Positions 1-9,097 of a stretch of 64,000 nucleotides of DNA are shown here, piece after piece. A model generated the notes under the pieces. That model ran no database searches and was not told the origin of the DNA. It saw nothing but the letters and a program-made list of their open reading frames with translations. A program made the position numbers and the translations under genes. The stretch is from an uncultured virus (IMG/VR IMGVR_UViG_3300005201_000352) (lineage: Duplodnaviria; Heunggongvirae; Uroviricota; Caudoviricetes), in the IMG/VR virus record IMGVR_UViG_3300005201_000352. The stretch is one strand, 5' to 3'. The first letter of the stretch is position 1. Each line of letters opens with the position of its first letter.

Positions 1-130
1 AATTACAACTAACGCGGAAACAAGGCCGCCCGAACTATTCAACAAAGTTGAATTATTTAACTTCGTTGAACTAATCAACTTCGTTAAACCGGAAAATCTC
101 TCAAGAATGCGGTTTCCCGGTTTGCTGATT

Positions 131-1386
131 TTAGTCGTCAATCGCTCTTAAGTTTTGAGGAAAACCGGGCAGCTTCATCGCGTCGGCGAGAGTAGCCGCA
201 ATTGTCACCTGACCGTTTGCTATCTGCCTTTCTACATTTTCAAGCTTCCCGATAATATCTCTGCTTAAAGCCGAATTGGCGGTTGAATAGCCGACGCCGT
301 CAATTTTAAGATCAAAGGTGATAACCTCGCCTTTAAAAGTATTATTTTTTATAGCATTTAACGCGTAAATAACGCTGATATCAACACGCTTTAACATCGA
401 CGTGAGCACGGCCGAATCTGTATCGGTGTACAGTCCGTCTTCATATTGATCGGAGTCTACTCCGATAGCCCAAACATTTCTGCCGTCGGCGCGGTATTCC
501 TTCGCCTGAGAAATCGTCCCGTTGCCGCTTCCGCCCGCNNNNNNNNNNNNNNNNNNNNNNNNNNNNNNNNNNNNNNNNNNNNNNNNNNNNNNNNNNNNNN
601 NNNNNNNNNNNNNNNNNNNNNNNNNNNNNNNNNNNNNNNNNNNNNNNNNNNNNNNNNNNNNNNNNNNNNNNNNNNNNNNNNNNNNNNNNNNNNNNNNNNN
701 NNNNNNNNNNNNNNNNNNNNNNNNNNNNNCTCTCCCCAACTGTTCACGTAGTAGTCAACAATTTGCGCGTTTGGAATCACCGAAAGAATTCCCTGCACAT
801 ACCCCACTTCAAATTTTGTGATAACAGGATCGGGCACTCCTCCGATAAAACCAAAACGCGGATTGACGACGCCGTCCTCTATGGCTTTTAGCGCCGCCGC
901 AACTCCGACAAGATAGGAGCCTTCATGCTCCGCATAAGCCGCCTGCATAATATTCGGCGATTCAAGATAGTCAACGTCAACTATCAAATATTTTTGATTG
1001 GGGTTTCCCGAAGCGACAGTTTCCACTGCATCGGCCCATGAAAATCCATTAACAATAATCAGATCATAGCCCTCGTCGGTAGCCTGCCTGATATTGGGGA
1101 TGAACATACTGTCGTCCTGAGTTGCAACCCAGTCATAAGCGCCGCCCCTCTGCCGCGGATTTGCGTCCCCATAAAATTCCAGAATACCGCGCCAAGCCGC
1201 CGCGTTAAACGATTTATCGTCAACCCCCGACGCGTCGGTAAGAAGACGAACAGTCACTTCCGCAACCGAGCCCGAAGGGCGAAGGTTCCCCTCTTGATTA
1301 TCAGTGGAACTCGCATTAGATTTTCGACAGGCAATAGTAAAAAGAGAAACGATGACTAACCCTGCGAAAAAAACTTTTTTAAACAC
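131..1386 (-). CDS. BMP/PnrA-family ABC transporter substrate-binding lipoprotein (host gene, spans an N gap)
   Basis: GGAGG then GTG at 1386; lipobox-like LFTIAC; motifs GVDDKSFNAAAW, EHEGSYLVG, IGVDSDQ, LTSMLKRVD in two ORF pieces across the gap 539-729. Confidence 0.9.
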
Positions 1387-1420
1387 AGACAACCTCCATA
1401 CATTGTTCTTGTTTAGATAA

Positions 1421-1464
1421 TGGGCACACCCGGATTCGAACCAGGGACATCTTGCGTGTAAAGC
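1421..1464 (-). pseudogene. 3' half of tRNA-Val(TAC); probable prophage att core remnant
   Basis: Minus strand GCTTTACACGCAAGATGTCCCTGGTTCGAATCCGGGTGTGCCCA: anticodon loop, T arm and 3' acceptor strand, with no 5' half; lies at the host/phage boundary. Confidence 0.85.
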
Positions 1465-1610
1465 TATATGCCCGCCCTTTCTTATCTTATTATCGGATAA
1501 GGAATTACACTTATCTTCCATAGTATTGCCTAAAATCTACCATTGCTCTGATTGTATAGGCTTGACTATTTTGTATCTATTTAACACGATAAAAGCACGG
1601 AGGTCAAGCC

Positions 1611-2348
1611 TTGGAAAACGCAATTCAGAACATTTATGACGGACCAAAAAAGCCACAACGAAAACGTGAAGGTGGTCAGTTCCCTCTTGACTTCGCCTAT
1701 TCCACAGATGCTTCAGAAATAGACTCCGGCATCCGCGAAGCTATCCGCGGCGTCAAGCTGTCTATCATGGCAATGGGGATCGCCCTGTACCGCGTTGATG
1801 TCTCAGGTCTATTCATTGACTTGGGATATAAGAAATTTGGCGAGTATATCGACAAACTGGCTGAGGATACCGGAATGGCACGAACAAGCCTTTACAACTG
1901 GGAATATATTGGAGAAGCCTACATTAAAAACCGCGCTGAGCTTGATAAAATAGGTTTCTCTGATGACGACGGTCCTACGAAATTACCATATCTAAGCCGC
2001 GCTCTTGAACATCACTCGAAGCGCGAGGTTTTTAAAAATATCAAGGACATGACCAAAAGGGAGTTTGAAGAATGGTCGAGAGAACCTATTGCCAAGATCG
2101 CTAATAAATACAAAGGCGTCAAAGTCAAAGGCTCAAAGGTTTTCGTCGGCAGCACACCTCTTGTCTCCTTCGCAGACGGTATCTCTTCAAAAGAACGGAA
2201 CTATTATGAAAACATTGTCCTTGAGGCTGCAATAGCGGCGAAGAAAAACGAATTTGCCAAAATATACCGTTTCTACGATGAAGCCGAAGCCAAACGCTTC
2301 GATCGCTTCTATCAGCGAGAGCTTAAAGCTCTTAGATCAAAGAAATAA
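1611..2348 (+). CDS. Hypothetical protein resembling Borrelia plasmid partition family 49 / DUF3102-like helical proteins
   Basis: GGAGG then TTG; LYRVDVSGLFIDLGYKKFGEYI...MARTSLYNW pattern. Confidence 0.45.
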   Translation: MENAIQNIYDGPKKPQRKREGGQFPLDFAYSTDASEIDSGIREAIRGVKLSIMAMGIALYRVDVSGLFIDLGYKKFGEYIDKLAEDTGMARTSLYNWEYIGEAYIKNRAELDKIGFSDDDGPTKLPYLSRALEHHSKREVFKNIKDMTKREFEEWSREPIAKIANKYKGVKVKGSKVFVGSTPLVSFADGISSKERNYYENIVLEAAIAAKKNEFAKIYRFYDEAEAKRFDRFYQRELKALRSKK

Positions 2349-2387
2349 CTATACATATGTATAGTATATATTTTTAGGAGGCTTTAG

Positions 2388-2768
2388 ATGATAAATAGAC
2401 ATTTATGCTTAATGGTTTTTTTTATCGGTTTTGTATTTACAGCTTGCGTTGAGCCTGATCAATGCGATTGTGAACTGCCGACAAATGATACAAGCACAAA
2501 CTATATGTTGCCATACATACCTGTTGAATCAGGACTATGTGGTTCAATATGGACGCGAGATGTTAACCCGCTCAATAACATTGTCTTTTCTGCTGACGGG
2601 TATAAAGTAACTGTTATGGGCGACCTTCGTAATATAATGAGTTACGGCCTAAGACCAGATGGCACTCATTTAATTATTATTCATTCGGCTAATATGTCGT
2701 CTACAATTCCTTGGATAATTGATGGCAATACATTGACAGCAGAATACACCACATACACCAGACAGTGA
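2388..2768 (+). CDS. Lipoprotein moron (possible superinfection exclusion)
   Basis: AGGAGG SD; hydrophobic signal ending FVFTAC; opposite strand to the phage late genes. Confidence 0.6.
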   Translation: MINRHLCLMVFFIGFVFTACVEPDQCDCELPTNDTSTNYMLPYIPVESGLCGSIWTRDVNPLNNIVFSADGYKVTVMGDLRNIMSYGLRPDGTHLIIIHSANMSSTIPWIIDGNTLTAEYTTYTRQ

Positions 2769-2853
2769 AAAGTGCCGGTCTTCCCCTATTGTTTGTCGCC
2801 AAAAGGGGATTTAACCGCTTGGTCAGGGCGGCAGGCAAGACCGTTATTGCCTA

Positions 2854-2927
2854 TGGTAGGAGCGGGATTTGAACCCGCGCTTTCCAGCTTATGAGGCCGG
2901 CTGAGCTGCCGTCTGCTCTATCCTACT
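2854..2927 (-). tRNA. tRNA with CAT anticodon (Met, initiator-like features)
   Basis: Cloverleaf: GTAGGA/TCCTAC acceptor, GAGC/GCTC D stem, CCGGC-CTCATAA-GCTGG anticodon arm, GGTTCAAATCC T arm. Confidence 0.88.
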
Positions 2928-2967
2928 GTAATAATCCCTTATCCTCTCTTTTGCTACGGTCAAGCGA

Positions 2968-3372
2968 TTAATTACTCACTCCCAGAATTATTAGCGTCGT
3001 CGCCGTACTGACTGCAAGAACCGCTGAAATAATCCTCCAAAATGTCACACTCCGCGATAATTTGCGCGTAACCGTCGCCTGATCGTCTATTAAGTCCCCG
3101 AACAGCGTCGATATCTGCCTGAGTTCTTGCAATTCGCGCTCTCTCTCGTTCAATTCGTTGATTCTCTGCTGCAATTCGATCTCTCTCTCGCTGTTCGTAT
3201 TCTCCAATTCGGTCAAGTAATTCTCTCTCTCGGCGTTGATACTCTCCAATTCCGCTACTATCTCCCGTATTCGCTCTACCGATGAAGTAGGCGGCGACGA
3301 CTGCTGCGGCCATAAAGATGATGATACCGATAAGAATAATAATGCCGTTACGAGTTTGTTTATCCATCTCAT
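2968..3372 (-). CDS. Signal peptide + coiled coil + C-terminal TM protein (spanin-like partner)
   Basis: 134 aa; hydrophobic N-terminus, E/R/L heptads, C-terminal IISAVLAVSTATTLIILGV; follows the endolysin. Confidence 0.6.
   Translation of the reverse strand: MRWINKLVTALLFLSVSSSLWPQQSSPPTSSVERIREIVAELESINAERENYLTELENTNSEREIELQQRINELNERERELQELRQISTLFGDLIDDQATVTRKLSRSVTFWRIISAVLAVSTATTLIILGVSN
2972..3367 (-). CDS. N-terminal TM + coiled coil protein (i-spanin/Rz-like)
   Basis: ATG at 3367, 9 nt after GGAGGG; TM GIIILIGIIIFMAAAVVAAYFIG, charged helix, two Cys near the C-terminus. Confidence 0.6.
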   Translation of the reverse strand: MDKQTRNGIIILIGIIIFMAAAVVAAYFIGRANTGDSSGIGEYQRRERELLDRIGEYEQRERDRIAAENQRIERERARIARTQADIDAVRGLNRRSGDGYAQIIAECDILEDYFSGSCSQYGDDANNSGSE

Positions 3373-3381
3373 TCAACCCTC

Positions 3382-3891
3382 CTATGCGCTTAATTTTTCG
3401 CTTGTTAAATACATTTTAAGCAGCTGCCATCTGTCTTCACCGCCGCTAACATACGGCGTATACCAGCGCGGGCAGTCTTTTTTCTGCGCTCCGTCGAAGT
3501 GGCGATTGACATCCAGTTTTTTTCCTAACGCGCTTTGTATGTACTTCACTAAATCGCGTAACGTGTTTATTGTTTCCGAACTGAATTCTCCGTTAAGGTT
3601 CATTGGGCATACCTCAATGCCTATCGCTTCGTAATTACGCATATCTCCCGAATGCCAGCCGATCTCTCCTATGGGCAAACATTGAAGCACCTGTGTATCT
3701 TTAACGATGAAGTGTGCCGACGCTTCCACGCCTAAACCGTCAGAACCGAATTCCCACCAATCACGCGGCGTAGTTATGCGCTGTATATACGGGCCGATCC
3801 AATGGATCAATATTTGCGTAACAGGCTTAGTAAATATTTTTCCGCATCTTGCTTTCTTGCCTAAACTCAAAAAATCTTCAGTTATGTTCAT
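3382..3891 (-). CDS. Endolysin, N-acetylmuramoyl-L-alanine amidase (Amidase_2)
   Basis: ILIHW, SAHFIV, WHSG, IGIEVC, RHFD...KDCP motifs. Confidence 0.9.
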   Translation of the reverse strand: MNITEDFLSLGKKARCGKIFTKPVTQILIHWIGPYIQRITTPRDWWEFGSDGLGVEASAHFIVKDTQVLQCLPIGEIGWHSGDMRNYEAIGIEVCPMNLNGEFSSETINTLRDLVKYIQSALGKKLDVNRHFDGAQKKDCPRWYTPYVSGGEDRWQLLKMYLTSEKLSA

Positions 3892-4111
3892 TTTTTCCCT
3901 CTCCGTTTTCGGCCTGATATAATTCTGCATTGAAAAATCTGCCTTTAACGCCGTTATTGGCTACCTGCAGGCCGATATACGCGCTTACAAGCGTTACGAT
4001 TGCCGTGAGCACGGGTGTTAATGCCGCGATCCCTGTTGGCTTTAAAAAGGCCGCAGCGCCAAAGAGCGCTATTAAAATTAAACCTACTATCAAAGCCGCT
4101 GACTTACTCAT
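3878..4111 (-). CDS. Holin-like two-TM protein
   Basis: 77 aa, two hydrophobic helices, charged tail, directly upstream of the endolysin. Confidence 0.65.
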   Translation of the reverse strand: MSKSAALIVGLILIALFGAAAFLKPTGIAALTPVLTAIVTLVSAYIGLQVANNGVKGRFFNAELYQAENGEGKNEHN

Positions 4112-4123
4112 ACTCTCCTCCTT

Positions 4124-4654
4124 CTAAAAACGAAATATTCTATCTTCAATGTCTTTTTTGACCTCATCGAAGTAGTTTTGATCGACTATTTTTAAATCAA
4201 TATTTGCTTCAAGCACATCTCTCCATGCTTCTTTATTATGTAAGATAAGGTTGAATCCATACTCCCTAATTCGTCCGTTCTTTCGCATGGCGATGAGCCT
4301 TAAAAAAGCCTTCATGCGTTTAAACATTGATTGTGAATCGTTAAAGAGCATATTCTCAAGAGTTCCTTGTGAGGCTTTAGTTATAATCGCTTCCTGGTCT
4401 GTAACAATTGAGAATAGTTTTTCAATGCTGGTTTCTATTTCACCCAATTTCTCGTCAAGCGCCGTCTGCCGCTCTTTTCTTTCCTCCGCGTCTCCGGCAA
4501 GAATTTCTTCAATTGGTTTCTTTTTCTTGTGGGTGATTAAAGGTAAGAGATGCTTAATAAGCAGCTCTATGATTTTGTATATAACCATTGCCCCAAGTAC
4601 GACAACGGCTAACGGCTCATCTTTTAATTGTGCAATAAACGCAAACTCAGGCAT
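4124..4654 (-). CDS. Membrane-anchored hypothetical protein of the lysis cassette
   Basis: N-terminal TM then helical domain; next to the holin. Confidence 0.5.
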   Translation of the reverse strand: MPEFAFIAQLKDEPLAVVVLGAMVIYKIIELLIKHLLPLITHKKKKPIEEILAGDAEERKERQTALDEKLGEIETSIEKLFSIVTDQEAIITKASQGTLENMLFNDSQSMFKRMKAFLRLIAMRKNGRIREYGFNLILHNKEAWRDVLEANIDLKIVDQNYFDEVKKDIEDRIFRF

Positions 4655-5771
4655 TTGCTCCTCCCTCTTTCTGACATTTATTCAGAGCCCGCGATCTTGC
4701 GTAAAACACGCCAAGTCTTTCACGGGGAGAAATATCAGTGCGCGTATGAGTCAGGCTTAAGGCATAGGGTTCCAGATAAACAAGCTGCCCGCGCCAATAG
4801 CCCAGCCGGATAAAGAGGCCTTCTTCGCCGCCTTCGGTGTTTTCCATTCCGCCAAAAACGTAGTTTCCCAGTGACCAGAAAACCGGCTTGCCCTTAACCC
4901 ACTCAAAGCCCTGAACGATGTGGGGATGTGAACCGATAACGAGATCCGCTCCCGCGTCGATAAGGTCTGTGTAAAGCTCCCGCGTTGCGGCATCAGGGCG
5001 TGTTGACCATTCAACTCTGCCGTGGAAAAGCACTATATTGACAGGAGCGTCGTTAGGTGACATTCCGGCTTTTAATTTTTCCCTGCCGCCCCTTCCCGCG
5101 TGCAGCATACCCGCCAAATTCGGTCCCGCGGCTGCGCTTACTCCGTCCCAGCCGTTTCGTTCACGCGGGAAAGACGCAATGCCGAAGACGCGGAAAGTTT
5201 CATCTCCCTTTGAAAAAACAAAGGCCTGAGAAGCAGCGTCGTCATCGACACCCGCGCCGGCAATTCCGATGCCTGCCTTTTCCAGCCACGAAAGGCTGTC
5301 AAGAAAAGCGTCTCTGCCGTAATCCCAAACGTGGTTGTTCGCGTGAAGCACCGCGTCAATTCCCGCGTTTTTCAGAGCCTCCGCTATTTCAGGAACAAAG
5401 CGGAAGTTAAATGATTTTTGCACTCTCTCTCCGCGGCTGCTGATTACTCCCTCAAGATTTATCAGCGTAAGATCAGAAGAAGCCAGCATTTCTGCCGTTC
5501 CGCCGAAAATTCCTATCGGCCCCTCCCTGAAAAGAATTTCCGAAGCGCCGCGGTCGAGCATGGTGTCTCCTCCGACGGCGATCCATGTGACCTCAGATGT
5601 ATCGCTTAGCGGGTAACCTTCGTCTCCTAACGCAAGCCCGTCAACACGTAAAGCGATGTAAGGCGGTGCGATTTCTTCTACCGGAACAAGTTTCTCTTTA
5701 CCGGAACGACACGCTGCGAGTGTTGTGTTAGTTCGACCGGCAAGATAATGCTCTTTGGGAACTATGAACAT
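4647..5771 (-). CDS. CapA/PgsA-family metallophosphoesterase-like protein
   Basis: GGDTML, INLEG, ANNHVWDYG, HGRVEW, IGSHPH, SLGNYVF motifs. Confidence 0.9.
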   Translation of the reverse strand: MFIVPKEHYLAGRTNTTLAACRSGKEKLVPVEEIAPPYIALRVDGLALGDEGYPLSDTSEVTWIAVGGDTMLDRGASEILFREGPIGIFGGTAEMLASSDLTLINLEGVISSRGERVQKSFNFRFVPEIAEALKNAGIDAVLHANNHVWDYGRDAFLDSLSWLEKAGIGIAGAGVDDDAASQAFVFSKGDETFRVFGIASFPRERNGWDGVSAAAGPNLAGMLHAGRGGREKLKAGMSPNDAPVNIVLFHGRVEWSTRPDAATRELYTDLIDAGADLVIGSHPHIVQGFEWVKGKPVFWSLGNYVFGGMENTEGGEEGLFIRLGYWRGQLVYLEPYALSLTHTRTDISPRERLGVFYARSRALNKCQKEGGANA

Positions 5772-6184
5772 TGTAATCTCTCCACTCCGCCGAGCCTGTC
5801 CGCCTGCTTCTCAGGGTAGCGGGAGAAGTACCAGCGCTGGCGTTTTTCCTGTGTCCAGTTTTTGTGAAACAATCTGTCCCATAAATTATTGAACACCACT
5901 GAGGGTAACCCTACAACTAACAGATACAGCGGCCCCCAATACAGCGACTGGAAGCTGTGACCGTTTTCGTGCCTTATAGTAGTTTCGTTTTTTGTTTTAA
6001 CTATTATGTAGTTTCCCAGCGAAATTCCGGAAATAAATTCACTAAACCGGTTTTTAGGTTTATAAAACCAGTAAATAATTCCCGTTTGCGGCTGCATGGT
6101 CTTCGTTGCTCCTAATAGTTGAATTAGGGCTAATGCCAGTAAATGCTGAGGCAACTGCCAGACGTATAACAAAAAGTTTTTCAT
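5762..6184 (-). CDS. Small membrane protein with HExGH zincin-like motif
   Basis: WQLPQ, GISLG, RHENGHSFQS..GPLYLLVVGLPS, EKQADRLG. Confidence 0.6.
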   Translation of the reverse strand: MKNFLLYVWQLPQHLLALALIQLLGATKTMQPQTGIIYWFYKPKNRFSEFISGISLGNYIIVKTKNETTIRHENGHSFQSLYWGPLYLLVVGLPSVVFNNLWDRLFHKNWTQEKRQRWYFSRYPEKQADRLGGVERLQCS

Positions 6185-7353
6185 TTTTCCTTCTCCAGCT
6201 TTCTTTTAATAGCTCTTTCCACGTGCTTAACTTCATCAAAGGCATACTCCCTGTTCGCGTACTGGATCGTCTTCTCGTGTCCTTTGCCGAGAAATAGAAT
6301 GATATCTTTATCTTGCGCCATTTTAATAGCTTGCTTTATAGCCGCGGCTCTGTTCGGAATGACAAAAAGATTTGTATCATATTTAAATCCTTTATTAGCA
6401 GACAAGACTGTCTCTTTCATCGTTTCAACGATGTCGATTTCATACCGCGGGTCTTCATCCGTAAGAATAATAACGTCGGCAAAATCGGCCGCCGCTTCGC
6501 TTATGCCGACGCGTTTTGAAAAATGCCTTGCGCCGCCCGATCCGTAAACGACGATTAACCTGCCTCCTCTTTCGACGGCTTGATCTTTATAACCGGGCAG
6601 CACAAGCTCAAAAGCCTGTTGGGTGTGCGCGTAATCGACTATTACTTTAAATTCCTGTCCGATGTTTATTTCCTGCATCCTCCCCGCGGGGAATTTTAAC
6701 TTTTTAACCAGGCCGTACATTTCTTTAAGCTCAATTCCTAACAGCTTTGATACGGTGGTTAATGCAGCCATAAGGTTTGAGATGTTAAAATCAAACTCGC
6801 CTATAAACCGAGCTTCGGAGGATAAAACTTTTGTTAATAGCGGGTCTATCTGTTTTATGTCATACTTATAAAGCGGTTTCTTTAATATAGATTCAAAGTA
6901 ATCCAAAAAATCATTTTCAGCGTTTATAACTGCGAACGGTTCATCCTCTTTACTCATGGGTATATACTCATTAAGCATTTTAAGCAGACGGCCTTTATCA
7001 TAAACGTACCCTTTTAGAGTACGATGTACTTCAAGATGCTCCTCTTTAATGTTGAGTACCACTGCGGCATACAGGTTGACCCAATACAGGGAGTCCTGCC
7101 AGTTCGCGAGCCTTTGCGACGTGAATTCATTTATGAAATACTCGCATCCGTTTTTTTCCGCCTGCGCTAATATATCAGCTAACCCTGAAGAATTGGGAGA
7201 ATAACGTCGTTTATTTATTCCCAAACTGCCGTCAGTTGAGACATCAACCGTTGTCAATATCCCGGTTCTTTTCCCCAGCATGTTTAGAAACTGCCAAATA
7301 AGAAAACATGTGGTAGTTTTTCCGTCTGTGCCTGTAACTCCGATTAACTTCAT
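6181..7353 (-). CDS. MurE-like Mur ligase lacking the N-terminal domain
   Basis: GVTGTDGKTTT P-loop at residue 5, EHLEVH, GRMQ, VDYAHT, TDEDPR, GKGHE. Confidence 0.88.
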   Translation of the reverse strand: MKLIGVTGTDGKTTTCFLIWQFLNMLGKRTGILTTVDVSTDGSLGINKRRYSPNSSGLADILAQAEKNGCEYFINEFTSQRLANWQDSLYWVNLYAAVVLNIKEEHLEVHRTLKGYVYDKGRLLKMLNEYIPMSKEDEPFAVINAENDFLDYFESILKKPLYKYDIKQIDPLLTKVLSSEARFIGEFDFNISNLMAALTTVSKLLGIELKEMYGLVKKLKFPAGRMQEINIGQEFKVIVDYAHTQQAFELVLPGYKDQAVERGGRLIVVYGSGGARHFSKRVGISEAAADFADVIILTDEDPRYEIDIVETMKETVLSANKGFKYDTNLFVIPNRAAAIKQAIKMAQDKDIILFLGKGHEKTIQYANREYAFDEVKHVERAIKRKLEKEK

Positions 7354-7367
7354 TTTTTTCTCCTTAA

Positions 7368-7757
7368 TTATTCAGCGACGCCGGTTATATTATCTGCATC
7401 TTGAAAATATATCTGTACGCTGGTAGGCGAATAAACAGCAGTTACATATCCGAATCCACCAAATTCACGTTCGTATCCAACCCCTATATTAGAGATTATC
7501 ATCACAAAATCACCGATAACGGGGTCACAGCTACCTATTGGGCGCATAATTGTAACTGTCTGATAAGTATTATTTCCCATAATAGGCTGAAAGCCATTAC
7601 CCTGAGTGTTATGAGTACAAATAAAAAACCTTCCAAAAGATTGATAATTGAACGCTCCGATTGCGCCCGTGTTACCAGTAGCTCCGATTGCGCCCGTGTT
7701 ACCAGTAGCTCCTGTCACTCCCCTGACATTTCCCAACAAAAATTCCTGTGTCGCCAT
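7368..7757 (-). CDS. Small collagen-repeat tail-fibre-associated protein
   Basis: EFLLGNVRGVTGATGNTGAIGATGNTGAIGA; 27-bp tandem DNA repeat; same motif as in the long fibre. Confidence 0.6.
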   Translation of the reverse strand: MATQEFLLGNVRGVTGATGNTGAIGATGNTGAIGAFNYQSFGRFFICTHNTQGNGFQPIMGNNTYQTVTIMRPIGSCDPVIGDFVMIISNIGVGYEREFGGFGYVTAVYSPTSVQIYFQDADNITGVAE

Positions 7758-7767
7758 AAGCCCCTCC

Positions 7768-9081
7768 CTATATGGTTATGTGCTTAATATGCCCCGCTCT
7801 AACGGCGGGATCGCACTTTATACTCTTGCCTAATCCCTTTACGGTCAGACAAAAATTTAAATCCTCAGATAAAACATCTCCATTTGCGTATTCGATATAC
7901 CTGAAATAGGGATATTCCAACTCTTTGAATAAATCAGTTTTGATTAGCGAAATAGCCAGCCCGCCGCCGTCACATTCAAAGATTTCTTTTGGCAGTGTTC
8001 CAACAGCGTAAAAAGAAAAATGCCCGAATTCTTGTTCTGGTTTTTTGTTAAAAATTGCGATATTAGTATCAGGGCTTCCCAAAGCCATCATCGTCCACGC
8101 GAGTCTTACGTCTCCGTCCATTGCCAGCAGTCTTGCCAGTGTCTGCGGCGGCAAAGTCTGGTCGCTGTCAACGAACATCAGATAATCAAAGCCACCGTTA
8201 ACCGCGTCCTTCGCCGCAATGTTCCTTCCCTGCGCCGCGGAATATTTAGCATACGTTCTGATTTCTATTGCACAGCCTTCAGGTTTTGCCATGCCGATTA
8301 GCGATTTCCAGCACTCGGTCTCGACAAATTGCGTGTACAGAATTGCCAGTAATATTTTTACTTTGCTGGTTGCCTGTTCGCGCCAGCTTCCCGCGCAGAC
8401 GTGAAGAGCGACGGTGTCAGTCGTTATCTGGTCGTGGAAGCCTGCGAAAACGTCATGCGGGTAGATTGCTATTCCTTCCCGCAATTCTTGGTAGTCATCC
8501 AGGTATCGGAAACCGTAATCGTATGCGACATCGGCGTAAATGAACGGAGCTATAAGTTTCCCCTGTAGGACGGCCTCACACATCGTGTCACTGCAATAGT
8601 CGTACCAGTCCATACAGCTCTGCAAAAACCGATGTCTCTCCTCAGCCCCGAAAATTGCTGCTTGCAAACCGATATGGCGGGTGAACGGACGGCGATTTTC
8701 ATCCCGTAATGAACCATCCGGCGCTAAGAGTTTTTCTGCGTTTTTGCTTCTAGCAGCCTCTTCAAAGTATTCGACAGCGGTAAAAAACCTGTGGTGCAAA
8801 AAGCTATCTATTGAAACGTACAAAACAACATCACTATCTAAATAGATACCGCCTTCACTGTATACAGCCCACAGTCTGATATAATCGCTTGCCGCCGCCC
8901 ATTTCTTACGCCTAACAGCTTCATCCACGAAAGCGCATTTTCCCTCCGGAAACTTCGCTCTATCCCAGAGGATGATCTCATAATCAGGGCATTGCTCTTT
9001 CCATGACTTCATAAATCCCCGTATCCGCTCAGGTACAGGTTCGTCAGACAGCCAGCACCAATGTATTTTTTTTGGTATCAT
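7768..9081 (-). CDS. Two-domain glycosyltransferase (GT32/DxD + GT2-like)
   Basis: MIPKKIHWCW, SDYIRL, GGIYLDSDV; second domain RN..A....FDYLMFVDSD, SEDLNFC, AGH. Confidence 0.85.
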   Translation of the reverse strand: MIPKKIHWCWLSDEPVPERIRGFMKSWKEQCPDYEIILWDRAKFPEGKCAFVDEAVRRKKWAAASDYIRLWAVYSEGGIYLDSDVVLYVSIDSFLHHRFFTAVEYFEEAARSKNAEKLLAPDGSLRDENRRPFTRHIGLQAAIFGAEERHRFLQSCMDWYDYCSDTMCEAVLQGKLIAPFIYADVAYDYGFRYLDDYQELREGIAIYPHDVFAGFHDQITTDTVALHVCAGSWREQATSKVKILLAILYTQFVETECWKSLIGMAKPEGCAIEIRTYAKYSAAQGRNIAAKDAVNGGFDYLMFVDSDQTLPPQTLARLLAMDGDVRLAWTMMALGSPDTNIAIFNKKPEQEFGHFSFYAVGTLPKEIFECDGGGLAISLIKTDLFKELEYPYFRYIEYANGDVLSEDLNFCLTVKGLGKSIKCDPAVRAGHIKHITI

Positions 9082-9097
9082 GTATTCCTCCTCATTG

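Noticed and set aside
1387..1521. N-terminal extension of the BMP ORF
   Set aside because: It runs through the tRNA fragment; the SD and signal peptide indicate a start at 1386
4647..7353. Host chromosome island or prophage end at capA/murE
   Set aside because: The genes overlap phage-type neighbours, and the lysis cassette, tRNA and att lie beyond them
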